A stretch of DNA of 64,000 nt from Blastocatellia bacterium (lineage in GTDB: Bacteria > Acidobacteriota > Blastocatellia > UBA7656): assembly GCA_963765495.1 (NCBI GenBank), contig CAVXWP010000008.1, positions 224,001 to 288,000 of the forward strand, read 5' to 3'. Below the pieces are notes generated by a model. It was not told the DNA's origin and searched no databases. It saw only the letters and a program-made list of their open reading frames with translations. Both the position numbers and the translations under genes were made by a program. Positions 10,978 through 22,995 of this stretch are shown one piece after another. How positions within the stretch are numbered: position 1 is the stretch's first letter; each line of letters opens with the position of its first letter.

Positions 10978-11937
10978 ATGACTACCACCGACAATCACAT
11001 CTTTAAAATACTTGAAAAAGTGGGCGAAATCTATGCTCCGCCTACTAAAGCAAAGAGAGGCCGTCCTTATGATTACTCTGAATCGGTGATGCTCAGAGTC
11101 TTTCTTCTTATGGTTCTTAAACGCATAAAGGAATTTCGCTGCCCTTTATCGCTACCTCCAGGCTCATGCTGCTTTGCAGGTTGCTTGCGGCCTTGAGAAA
11201 ATGCCTGACGAATCTACCTTGCGTAAACGGCTCAAAAAGTTGAAACCTGCCGTCAAACGTCAGATTCGTGCCTGGGCTGCTGAGTTGATTGAGCAAGGGG
11301 TTAGTTTTGCTCAAGTAGCGGCTGTTGATAAGAAAATGATTGAGGCTCAAGGTCCTCTCTGGCATCAGAGTGATCGACAGCACAATCGCATTCCAGAAGG
11401 TCTGCGCGGAGTAGATCGAGATAGCTGCTGGTGCTGCTCTAAGTATAGAGGATGGGTTCAAGGCTACGGCTCTCATATCGCGGTTGTGGCTACTCCCGGC
11501 CAGCCAATCGTCCCGCTTTGGGCCGATTTCACCAAGAATAATGAGCAAGAAGCGAAAGTGGCCTCTCAGTTGGGCAGAGAGTTGCCTGATGAAGTCAAGA
11601 AGATACTGGGAGATATTGGTTAGGATGACCCTGAGTTGAGAAAGGGGCTTGAGCGATATGAGAATCATTTGTTGGAAATATGTTTGATAGTGCCTATAGA
11701 AGTAAAAGAGAATACGCCAGGAAAGCGACGACGCTATGGAAGCATCTATGAGAATAATCGAGAGTTGTATAGAAGAAGAAAAGTAACCATAGAGCCATTC
11801 TTTGATCGGCTGGACCAATGTTTTGACATAGAGCCAGCGTGGATGAAAGGGCTTGCAAATAACGAAAGCCTGGGAGTGTTGTGGGTAGCAGCCTATCAAT
11901 TGATGATGTTGTATCTTCATGAGCAAGGAGAAAATCC
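10978..11937 (+). pseudogene. Inactivated DDE transposase (IS4/IS5-superfamily-like)
   Basis: RGRP and PDESTL motifs; AVD, GDIG*D and YRRRKVTIEPFF; frameshift near 11135, in-frame TAG at 11621-11623, 3' end abuts the MITE. Confidence 0.85.
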
Positions 11938-12081
11938 CAGCAATTCTCGGTTTAGAGGAAATCGCACCGGGATATACCACGAAACAGACTAAATACACGA
12001 ATAATTCTTCTATTTCGTGTGCTTCGTGTATTTCGTGGTTCACTTTTTGTTAAGACAGAATTTCTAAACCGAGAATTGCTG
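11938..12081. mobile_element. 144-bp MITE-like element, copy 1
   Basis: 19-bp perfect terminal inverted repeats CAGCAATTCTCGGTTTAGA; internal hairpin; identical by eye to 62176-62319. Confidence 0.85.
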
Positions 12082-12300
12082 ACCCATTTCATATTTTCCC
12101 TCTAACTCATTGCACCCAAACCTGCTAGAACCCATCGCCTCATCAACCTCCACTGCGGCACGCGGATTCCATCATGGTCGTTTGGTAGCCGCTACTGGTT
12201 GAACAAGTCTCGTCACTAATAGCCGCTTCGCGCGGTTGAATTTGGCGATGCGCCAGGCAGCAGTTAAATCGAAACATTTCGCGGAGGAAGGAGCGACAAA

Positions 12301-12666
12301 ATGGCAAAGGTATTTCGGATGATAGAGCGATCAGCAACCCCCATCTTGAACTCACTTGGTACTAACGAGATAAAAAGCTTGATTCGAGATCACCTGGCCT
12401 CGATGCAGTTCGCAGAGCGTGCATGTTTCATCCAGTCTTTGACGCTTCATTTGAAGCGCGACAACTTGAGCATCGGCGTATACCTGGCGATGCTTGGCAT
12501 ACCCTGGCGCGACCCCGCAGAGTTCACGCCCACGGATGTCGGACATCTGATCCAATTTCTCATTCTACATGTTCCACAGTCACGGCCAGCGATTGAGCGA
12601 ACCACTGCTCAGTACGGTTTTATATTGAGCGACCCTGGCCCGTCCGGAGAACCACAGGCTGCATAA
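12301..12666 (+). CDS. Hypothetical protein
   Basis: GGAG RBS; co-oriented with and close to the next gene. Confidence 0.55.
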   Translation: MAKVFRMIERSATPILNSLGTNEIKSLIRDHLASMQFAERACFIQSLTLHLKRDNLSIGVYLAMLGIPWRDPAEFTPTDVGHLIQFLILHVPQSRPAIERTTAQYGFILSDPGPSGEPQAA

Positions 12667-12682
12667 GATCAGCCTCTTCAGG

Positions 12683-13327
12683 TTGAAGATTATGGAGGAC
12701 GCGATGATGTCAAATTCACTGCTCTTGATGCTTTCTCTGATCCTTAGCGCCTCTCAAGCACAGGGTTCATTCCCGACTCTGGCCGGCGCTCTCTCTGGCG
12801 GGGTGTCGACCTCGGGTATCGCTGAAGAGTCGGGTACGACATCTGACTGCGCAAGCCCGGCCCAGTTGACCAGCAGAGTGAGGAGCGGTCTTCGGTTTAT
12901 CGAGAGAATGGATGCCGGGTTGATCAAAACGTTTTCGGAGGCATGGCAGGAAGCCGGTGATGGGACTGCTGATACAGAAAGCGTTGTCTTGATATTCAGG
13001 ACGGGGGAGGGCGCCTATACAGGCAAGCTGACACATTTCTATCGTGCTTATAAACGAACAAGTTTTAACTGGAATCCGCGCGCGGTAGCCATCATCCATA
13101 CACATCCGAATGGCGTTGGGGCGCGACCTTCGAAACAGGACGAACTGGTTGCCCACAAATACACTGTGCCAATGTTCACGATCACTTCCAGAGGAATGTT
13201 TGTCTATGACCCAATAACACGAAAGGCAACAAAGCTTCTGAACGGCACCGAATGGCTCAGCCTATCGAAATGGACACCACAAATTTATAGCAAGCTCAGT
13301 CTGGAACCAGAGGCTCAAGGAAAATGA
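12683..13327 (+). CDS. Putative secreted JAB/MPN-like metalloprotein
   Basis: Signal peptide; E...HTHP...PSKQD resembles the JAMM motif; true start probably an ATG at about 12704. Confidence 0.6.
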   Translation: MKIMEDAMMSNSLLLMLSLILSASQAQGSFPTLAGALSGGVSTSGIAEESGTTSDCASPAQLTSRVRSGLRFIERMDAGLIKTFSEAWQEAGDGTADTESVVLIFRTGEGAYTGKLTHFYRAYKRTSFNWNPRAVAIIHTHPNGVGARPSKQDELVAHKYTVPMFTITSRGMFVYDPITRKATKLLNGTEWLSLSKWTPQIYSKLSLEPEAQGK

Positions 13328-13471
13328 GCATTGCCGGGTTTATCCCAATTGCACTGGCAATCCTCAGCCCTTGTTAAGCGGAATTGCATTACCGCAGCAA
13401 TGAAGGTAGCACGGGTTGATTACATCAAAGACCACCACTCAGTCAGGAGTATGAATATCAGGAGGTAGCTC

Positions 13472-15224
13472 ATGAAGCTCATGTTAAAAAGCAGCGGGCT
13501 GGTCAGGACGGCCCTCTTACTCGTCACAATTATCTATTGGCAGCCAACCGTCATGCCGATGGCTTTGGCGCAATCCAGCAAAGGCGCGGTCGCAGGAACC
13601 ATCACCGACCCCGCAGGCGCAGTTATTGGCGGTGCTGCTGTCAAGATAACAAACGCCTCAACAAACGTCGTGCGTGAAACGCTTACAACGGCCGACGGAG
13701 CATTTCGAATCGACGCGGTTGATCCGGGCGATTACAAAATAGAAGTCATCGCAACAGGGTTCAAGAGTATTGAGCGTAACGGCATTATCGTCGCGGCAGC
13801 ACAAGCCACCGACGCCTCGGTTACACTCGAAGTTGGCACCAGCAGCGAAGTAATTGATGTAACTTTCGACAACAACGTCGTACTGCAAAAGCAGGATGGG
13901 GCTCGCACCAGCACGCTTGCCCCGCGCCAGTTAGTCGATTTACCGGTTGCCGGACTGAACCCTGTGAATCTGGTCTTCACGCTGCCCGGAGTGACTAACC
14001 CAGGCGTGCTCGCTGGCGGGTTCGTGCAAGGGACGGAGTTCAATATCAATGGGCTGCGCGCGCGCGGGAACAATCAGCTGATTGACGGAACGGATAACAA
14101 CGACAACTCGATCACCGGACAATTCTTTCCGTCAGTTTTGCGCGATGGGTTCCGCGAAGTATCCGTTCTCGGTGGGAACAACTCGGCTGAGTATGGACAC
14201 GCTGGCGGCGCCATCGTCAGCATCGCCGCCAATCTTCACAACCCGTTGATACACACATGGAGTTTTGGCGTGCAGCGCCAGACCCCGGGTAAGGTCATCG
14301 TTGATGCCGCCTATGTCGGGACGCGCGGCATGGGACTGTTCATAAATGAGCAGATAAATTCCGGCGTCAACGGGGTCCGCCTCTTCTCGACGCACGGCCC
14401 TGTAACGCTGCGCACCAACGGTGGTGACTCAATTTATCATTCATTACAAACTCGTATTGAGCGAGATCTCCGGCGTGGTTTTCTCGCGCGCTTTGCTTAC
14501 ACCTATTCCAAAGCGATTGACGACGTCAATAGCGAAATCTTTGTCACGACGGGGGGCAGCAGCATCGCGTCCGACCCGTTCAATCGCAGAGTAGACCGCA
14601 GCGTCGCTTCATTTGACACTCCACACCGCGCAGTCTGGACATTGCTCTGGGATGTGCCCGGCCCGGCCCGCGGCCTATCAGGAGAGGTCGCCGGAGGATG
14701 GACACTGTCAGGGATATATCGCATTCAATCGGGATCTGTGGAAAGCCCGTTTGTTGGCGGCCTCGATCTGAATGGCGACCTGAACTCGTTCAACGACCGC
14801 CCATCCGTCTCGAACCCCAACGCGCCGCCGACATCGGTAGGATTCGCCAATACATTGCTTGGGATCTCGGGGAATGGCTTTTCTGATATCAATGGCGCCC
14901 CGATCAACCCGGGCAATGTTCGATTCGTGGTTGATCCGGCGAATCGCGCAAACATCGCTGGCCGCAATACTCTGCGCGGCGACGTGATCAACTCTATGGA
15001 TATAGCTTTAAATAAGGCCTTCCCATTACCGTTCGAGCAACACCGACTGGAAGTGCGCATTGAATTCTTCAACGTCTTGAACCACCCCAACTTTAACGTT
15101 TGCCAATCCTGCTATTTCAAGCGACCTGAGCAATGGCGACGTGACAAACCCTTTCTTTAACAACGTGCGCCTAAACGACGGTGGCAACCGTACCGGGCGC
15201 ATACAGGTTCGCTACTCATTCTAA
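13472..15224 (+). pseudogene. Oar-like TonB-dependent receptor, internally deleted and frameshifted
   Basis: Carboxypeptidase-regulatory-like and plug domains jump at about 14220 to the late barrel (WSFGVQRQ); removing one base at about 15095 restores the C-terminus GRIQVRYSF*. Confidence 0.8.
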
Positions 15225-15316
15225 AGAAGCGGAAGGATGAATCGAGATCGCCTGTCTTGATTCGTCCTTCTAAGGATTTACTCTTACCCGTGTATAGGAG
15301 AATGAAATTCATGAAG

Positions 15317-15498
15317 TGGAATGCGGGAGCGTCACACATGAACGAAGCCTATCCAAAGAGCTACTTTGATCGACTGGGACTCGTAACACTGCTAGATAGA
15401 CTGCGGGCCTTGCAGCGCACTTAACGAACCGCCGGATACGGAACCGTATGTCCGGTGGTGTGGGAGGACGGGAGCCGCGAGGCTCCCTCCTACCCGAT
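15317..15498 (+). mobile_element. 3' remnant of a group II (class C-like) intron: maturase C-terminus plus domains V and VI
   Basis: WNAGASHMNEAYPKSYFDRLGLVTLL...*, then GAACCGCCGGATACGGAACCGTATGTCCGGTGGTGT (DV), a DVI hairpin and the end CCCGAT. Confidence 0.9.
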
Positions 15499-15533
15499 AA
15501 TTCGAGGCCCACGACAATCTGTCGTGAAGACGG

Positions 15534-15944
15534 TCATTTCTTCACATCACTGGTTGGTACTTTGTGCCCTTTCGTGCTTCCCTTAAACTGAATTTCATCC
15601 AGCCTGAAAACATCAGGGTCAGAGGTCATCATAACGCCCAGAACAACCTCTTTTGCTAAATCCCTCTCTTCGGGTATGCAGTGAAATTTTGCTACAAGCT
15701 CGCCTTGCTTGCCATCCTTGTAAGAGTATATGTACATGCAAGGTTCGCCACGCGCCATCCGAGAATCATCGTGCTCGAATAGGTACTGACCTTGAAGGAT
15801 CACGTCGAGAACCTTGAGCTTGTCTGTTATCACTACAATAGCGGATTCCTTCTCCGGCGTCTGTGGTTTCTGTTGAGCCTGGACTGCAATGCCAATCAAG
15901 ATTATTGAACAGAGTATGAAGCCTGCGTAAAAGAGTCGTCTCAT
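15534..15944 (-). CDS. Secreted hypothetical protein
   Basis: Signal peptide; GGAGGT RBS; His/Cys/Met residues. Confidence 0.75.
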   Translation of the reverse strand: MRRLFYAGFILCSIILIGIAVQAQQKPQTPEKESAIVVITDKLKVLDVILQGQYLFEHDDSRMARGEPCMYIYSYKDGKQGELVAKFHCIPEERDLAKEVVLGVMMTSDPDVFRLDEIQFKGSTKGHKVPTSDVKK

Positions 15945-16049
15945 GATTTCACCTCCCGGGCCGCCTTCTGCGACGGCTTGTAATTCTCGTCGGGGAACTT
16001 CCCCTCAAGATTTTTGCATTCATACTAAAATCACCCGACTCAGAGGGCC

Positions 16050-16085
16050 TTGACATCAATCACCTGTCAGGGTGACTGCCGTCAC
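16050..16085. promoter_or_regulatory. Tandem CRP/FNR-type boxes
   Basis: TTGACATCAATCAC (16050) and GTGACTGCCGTCAC (16072), 22 bp apart. Confidence 0.65.
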
Positions 16086-16107
16086 GCGGGCGCTCCTGTC
16101 TTTGGGG

Positions 16108-16674
16108 TTAAGTTCCAAAGTGAGCGTCACCCCTCCAGGGGCGCTCGACTACGAGCTCAGGATACTTTGCTCGGAAAGACTCCGCGACGTGGCAGTCCCA
16201 GCAAATCGGCCTGAATGTCTCAAGCACTGTTGGAAGAGTCTCCGGGCGAACCTCATCCCATCCAATGGGGTTCCCTTCGGGAGCCAGAAATGCAGGCTTG
16301 TGATCCAGCACGTGAATCTCGCCGAATGGCTCGCCGCAAAGGACACAAAACTTGTCTTTGTACCACTTTGTAAGCATCCCTCGCACGAGACAGTCCTCAG
16401 GGGCGATCTGAATCTGAGCGAGGCACTCCTGTCCGCAGCCCTCTCGCTCGGGCCAGCGACTGCACGTCTTCAACCTCAGATGAGGATCATCAAAAACGGC
16501 AGACATAGCGGCGTGCCTGACATCTACATCGACGGCGGCGGGCTGTTTCGTCTCAGGGCAGATCACGAGTCTCTTCCCCCGATACTTCATATAAGTGCCA
16601 AGCGCATAAGGAACCACAAAATAGAGCACCGTGAATGCGATGATCGTTATTACGAGATAAATTTCGATCTTCAT
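16108..16674 (-). CDS. Membrane-anchored Cys-rich protein (metal or heme binding)
   Basis: N-terminal TM; CPET, CSRWP...C...C, CVLC and CWDCH motifs; AGGAGG RBS. Confidence 0.8.
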   Translation of the reverse strand: MKIEIYLVITIIAFTVLYFVVPYALGTYMKYRGKRLVICPETKQPAAVDVDVRHAAMSAVFDDPHLRLKTCSRWPEREGCGQECLAQIQIAPEDCLVRGMLTKWYKDKFCVLCGEPFGEIHVLDHKPAFLAPEGNPIGWDEVRPETLPTVLETFRPICWDCHVAESFRAKYPELVVERPWRGDAHFGT

Positions 16675-16702
16675 TGGCGCACCTCCTTTCTGTCAGGCTC
16701 AA

Positions 16703-17065
16703 CTAGGTCTGTCTGGCGCGCTCCTCTTCGATTTCGCTGATCCTGACGCGTAGCCAGTCTTTGTATGCTTTTTCCAGATTCTCCCTGTTGCCCTGTTGCT
16801 CAAGAGATTCGAGTGTGTCGCCAGCCTCGTTGAGAGGAATCCTGTGACACGGCACACCAGCCGCTCGTTGATCGGTCGGTACGAATCTCATCAAGACGCA
16901 TGCATCGGCATGAGAATGATCTGGGTAACAGAGGCAGGATGGAGAATCCTGAAACACTGAGGTCGGCAGCCAGGGGGTTCGCACCGAACGACCGTAGCCA
17001 CCTTTTTCGAGGAAATCCAGCTCAAGCTTCATTAAATCCAGAATGTCTCTATCATCTCTCTCCAT
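16703..17065 (-). CDS. Small Cys/His-containing hypothetical protein
   Basis: AGGAGG RBS before MERDD; DSPSCLC...C...PCH. Confidence 0.75.
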   Translation of the reverse strand: MERDDRDILDLMKLELDFLEKGGYGRSVRTPWLPTSVFQDSPSCLCYPDHSHADACVLMRFVPTDQRAAGVPCHRIPLNEAGDTLESLEQQGNRENLEKAYKDWLRVRISEIEEERARQT

Positions 17066-17155
17066 AGCGTTAGCCTCCTGTTCTATTGCCTTTTTCAATT
17101 TGAAAATATCTTTTCCACCTGTATAGCAAGTATAAAAACTTCCATAAGTAAATGC

Positions 17156-17192
17156 TGTGACGGCCGTCACAGGAACGGATGACGCCCGTCAC
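17156..17192. promoter_or_regulatory. Tandem CRP/FNR-type boxes
   Basis: TGTGACGGCCGTCACA (perfect TGTGA-N6-TCACA) and ATGACGCCCGTCAC 22 bp away. Confidence 0.75.
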
Positions 17193-17198
17193 GAGAAA

Positions 17199-17355
17199 GG
17201 ATGAAGGATGAAGGATGAAGGATGAAAAGAGTTTAAGGAGACTTCCGATTAAGTGGGTTGACTGATTAAGTAGGTTGACTGATTAAGTGGGTTGACTGAT
17301 TACCGGAGTCTCCTCAGACATTCCATTTCATCCCTCATCCCTCATCCCTCATCCC
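17199..17355. repeat. Composite repeat: (GGATGAA)4 ... three 17-bp units ... (TCATCCC)4
   Basis: Read directly; inner unit GATTAAGTRGGTTGACT at 17247, 17264 and 17281, bracketed by GGAGACT/AGTCTCC. Confidence 0.85.
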
Positions 17356-17813
17356 TCAGAAGCTCCTGCTTTCCTGAGTAATCTCTTTATCTTTGTCTGT
17401 CGTTTGGATGTCACACCGAGTGGTGTCGCGCCTGGATCGCTTACGCTATTGACGCGGGCTCCGGCAGTAAGAAGTATCTTCACCACATCGGTGTGTACCT
17501 TTGAAGCCGCCTCCATCAAAGCCGTCCATCCCGATCCATCTTTTATGTTTACCTGTGCTCCCCTGCTCAAAAGGAACTTCACGGTATTGCTGTGGCCGCC
17601 GAATGAGGCTTCTATAAGGGGCGTTCTTCCGCTTGCATCGCGGGCATTCACACTAACGCCCCGGGCGAGAATCGCTTCAACGGCATCGGTGTCGCCAATC
17701 ATAGCCGCCCTATTCAAGGCCGTTGTGAGGCGGCCCGGTTCAGCATCCAAATCAGGTTCGGAAAGGGCAGCCTGGACTACCTCAAGATGTATTTTCCCGG
17801 GCATAAATGCCAT
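17349..17813 (-). CDS. Ankyrin repeat protein
   Basis: GRTPLIEA, GWTALMEAA and GATPL repeats; GAGGAGG RBS. Confidence 0.9.
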   Translation of the reverse strand: MAFMPGKIHLEVVQAALSEPDLDAEPGRLTTALNRAAMIGDTDAVEAILARGVSVNARDASGRTPLIEASFGGHSNTVKFLLSRGAQVNIKDGSGWTALMEAASKVHTDVVKILLTAGARVNSVSDPGATPLGVTSKRQTKIKRLLRKAGASEG

Positions 17814-17924
17814 TGCTCCTCCTCAATCGATCAGGTCGATTTTTTCTCAATGCGAAAACGATATTTTCCCGGACACTCTGAACGTGCCTGATATCTATTT
17901 GACCCAATTTATTGGAAAGGGGCT

Positions 17925-17961
17925 ATGCCTTTTATCACGCATTGATGTGATAGCTATCACA
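17925..17961. promoter_or_regulatory. CRP/FNR-type box plus a degenerate partner
   Basis: TGTGATAGCTATCACA (17946-17961) and ATGCCTTTTATCAC offset by 22 bp. Confidence 0.65.
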
Positions 17962-18014
17962 GGGGAGGGAAGAGCATATGTACTTTGTGAGTTGTCGCGG
18001 TTTCGCAGATCAAT

Positions 18015-18731
18015 TTACATGATCATAGATTGCAGAGTGGTCTTATCGGGGATGAGGAGGTTCGACCCCTTTACGATGACTATGTTCCTGGCCTTGAACT
18101 CGCTCAGGAGACGAGTTACCGTTTCGCGCGAGGCACCAATCAGTTGCGCGATCTCTTCGTGCGTAAGCGTAAGCTTGACCTGAATCCCGCGCTCGGTCAC
18201 TCTTCCATTTCTCTCGCACCAGTCAAGGATTAGCCTGGCGAGTTTCTCTGCCGTTGATTGTGAGAGTCCGAGCGATTGGACCTGCTCGTGAGAGTGACGG
18301 TAGCTATTGCTCAAGTGTTCGGCTACGCGAAGACAGGCCTCTCCGTGTTGTGCAAGGAAGCGCAGAAAATCTTCCCGTCTCACGAAATTAATCTGACAGG
18401 GCGAAATAGTTTCGGCTGTCACCTCGTAGGGCCTTCCTGAAACTACCGCGCTGAGACCGAGTAATTCGCCCGACTCTGCAACCTGCGTAATGATCGTTTT
18501 GCCTTCACTTGAACTGGTTGACAGCTTTACGCGCCCTGTGCAGAGGAGGAAGATCCCTCTTGCCTCCTGATCCTCAACAAAAAGCACAGCTCCTCTTGGA
18601 TATGTGGATGTATACTTGAGCGATTCAAAAGCCTCCAGGGCTTCGCTGGATATGTCACAAAACAGACCCGCCACGCGCTGTTTGCAATTGACGCAACTTT
18701 CGATAATCTCCAGGCCGTAGGGTACTCGCAT
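18015..18731 (-). CDS. Crp/Fnr family regulator with N-terminal Cys cluster
   Basis: CVNC...LFC; cNMP-binding fold; HTH LTHEEIAQLIGASRETVTRLL. Confidence 0.93.
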   Translation of the reverse strand: MRVPYGLEIIESCVNCKQRVAGLFCDISSEALEAFESLKYTSTYPRGAVLFVEDQEARGIFLLCTGRVKLSTSSSEGKTIITQVAESGELLGLSAVVSGRPYEVTAETISPCQINFVRREDFLRFLAQHGEACLRVAEHLSNSYRHSHEQVQSLGLSQSTAEKLARLILDWCERNGRVTERGIQVKLTLTHEEIAQLIGASRETVTRLLSEFKARNIVIVKGSNLLIPDKTTLQSMIM

Positions 18732-18808
18732 AAAAAACTCCCCTTTATTCAAGGCTCATCCTACTTAAAGGTCGCTTGTTTGAGCAGGCGCTCTAACCGA
18801 TACCATAG

Positions 18809-18824
18809 TGCAATATATATGCCG
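18809..18824 (-). promoter_or_regulatory. Possible sigma-54 promoter of the Crp/Fnr gene
   Basis: CGGCATATATATTGCA has the GG-N10-GC spacing. Confidence 0.5.
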
Positions 18825-19012
18825 TCTCGTATCGGCCCGCTCTGATTCACATGTGGGAGCGCCAATTATGGCCTACAAACTGGAAATCTGGTTGTAACAG
18901 AACTGATTAAATTATTTGATGATCTTCTACATCCCTTTTATAAAGGGTCTTTTAATGCGCTTTTTTGCGCAACATTGAGGAAGATTCCACACCTCTCCTT
19001 GAGCCAGAACCA

Positions 19013-19726
19013 TTATGAGACTCTTTCGAGAACCACACCGGCCAGGTAAGCGAGTGTCGCAGCCACCGATCCTATCAGGAGTGTTTCCAGCCCCGATCTC
19101 CACCAGGGTATGGTTGACCATATACTCTTCACAGTACCGATCAAGAAAAAAACAGCCCCCGTGAGCGTCGTGGCCAGAGGGAAAGGATTTGGTAAATTCA
19201 GGATGAAGGGGAAAAGAGGAACCAGCCCGCAGACTATAAAGGCGCTGAATGTGCTTAAAGCGGCCAGGCCCGGAGATCGCACCTCCATTGGCAGGCCATA
19301 CTCTTCCTTGAGCATAGTCTTTACCCATCTATCCCGATCAGAGGTAATTAGCTCGACCGCTCGCTCAAGGTCGTTATCCTGGAATCCTTTTTCCTGAAAT
19401 ATCTGACGGACTTCTTCACGCTCGCCGTCGGGAACCATTTCAATATGCCTGTACTCAATCGTCTCTAGCTGCTTGATCTCGTCGTGCTCGGCCTTTGTCC
19501 CCAGATAGTTGCTTGCTGCCATCGAAAATCCGTCGGCAATAATGTTGGCCGCCCCGATGACGAGTATCACCCTCAGTGACATTTCAGCCCCTATAACTCC
19601 CGCCACGACAGCAAAGGTCGTAACTGACCCGTCTATTCCTCCATAAACCCAATCCCGCAGATAGCTGTGCCGTGGTCCGGCCGAGAGTCTTTCCTTGATA
19701 GCCTCCGACGAGTGTTCGTGTTCCAT
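19013..19726 (-). CDS. VIT1/CCC1 family Fe/Mn transporter
   Basis: YLRDWVYGGIDGSVTTFAVVAG and ADGFSMAASNYLG motifs. Confidence 0.92.
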   Translation of the reverse strand: MEHEHSSEAIKERLSAGPRHSYLRDWVYGGIDGSVTTFAVVAGVIGAEMSLRVILVIGAANIIADGFSMAASNYLGTKAEHDEIKQLETIEYRHIEMVPDGEREEVRQIFQEKGFQDNDLERAVELITSDRDRWVKTMLKEEYGLPMEVRSPGLAALSTFSAFIVCGLVPLFPFILNLPNPFPLATTLTGAVFFLIGTVKSIWSTIPWWRSGLETLLIGSVAATLAYLAGVVLERVS

Positions 19727-19824
19727 CACACTATCCCATGATTTCTGAGCCTTGCGGTGGCAAGCACCACTTTCCTTCCCTCGAAAGATCACTTTAATTG
19801 CAATCAGGACCGGTGGACAGGTGC

Positions 19825-20250
19825 TTACTTACCTGCAACCTGCAATGATTCGATGTATCTCACAAGTGAATAAATATCAGCGTGCTTTTGCAGATCGCCG
19901 CTCGTCTTTCGCAGTATTGTCCCCCAAACCGGCATCTGCCGGGTACCATGCGCTGTTACAGCCTTTTCACCATCAATGACTATGGCAACATGATTTTCAG
20001 GAAACCTTTCACCCGGTTTCTGAATAATCGTCAAATCAGGCGCGGGAACCTTTAGTGAATCCGATGCCGGGCCTCCGCCTTTTGCATCAGTTCCATGACA
20101 GACCGCGCAATATTTCAAGAACAATACTTCACCTTTTTTTATATATCCATTGCGCTGGCCAGCGTTCTCTGTGCGTGCATTCGTAATAGTAGAAAAGCTC
20201 AGGGCAAACACCAGCCCCAAGACCAGTGTCTTTATCTCTTTCATCCTCAT
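19825..20250 (-). CDS. Periplasmic monoheme cytochrome c
   Basis: Signal peptide; CAVCH; PDLT; HG...MPVWG. Confidence 0.9.
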   Translation of the reverse strand: MRMKEIKTLVLGLVFALSFSTITNARTENAGQRNGYIKKGEVLFLKYCAVCHGTDAKGGGPASDSLKVPAPDLTIIQKPGERFPENHVAIVIDGEKAVTAHGTRQMPVWGTILRKTSGDLQKHADIYSLVRYIESLQVAGK

Positions 20251-20319
20251 GGCAGTGCTCCTTTGTAAATTGGTGTAAGACATATATAGAAACTATATGT
20301 TGATAGACCCTTCGCGGAT

Positions 20320-20355
20320 ATGACCGCCGTCACCGTAAATTGTGACGACCGTCAT
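20320..20355. promoter_or_regulatory. Tandem CRP/FNR-type boxes
   Basis: ATGACCGCCGTCAC (20320) and GTGACGACCGTCAT (20342), 22 bp apart. Confidence 0.7.
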
Positions 20356-20454
20356 AAGAGAGAGGCCGGTTCTATATGTCACGATGAAGCTCCGAATTTG
20401 ACCTCCCGGTTTAGGTTTGACAAAGGGGCGCGGTTTCGGATAGTCTGAAAGCCC

Positions 20455-22928
<2,474 letters not shown>

Positions 22929-22995
22929 TCTGAAGTTTGTTGAAGGACAAATTCAGAACCATTAATTCTCAGGAAACGCAACTCGAGCGCAACCG

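Noticed and set aside
11621-11623. In-frame TAG as possible pyrrolysine or readthrough codon
   Set aside because: It falls at the expected Tyr of a DxGY motif in a transposase that also has a frameshift; simple nonsense mutation
11117-12043. 308-aa minus-strand ORF
   Set aside because: Antisense shadow of the transposase that starts inside the MITE
17247-17302. 17-bp repeats as a mini-CRISPR or plasmid iterons
   Set aside because: No spacers, and no cas or rep gene nearby
16072-18183. Long plus-strand ORFs 16072-16740 and 17404-18183 (likewise 54963-55775 and similar)
   Set aside because: Antisense to well-supported genes, with no motifs of their own
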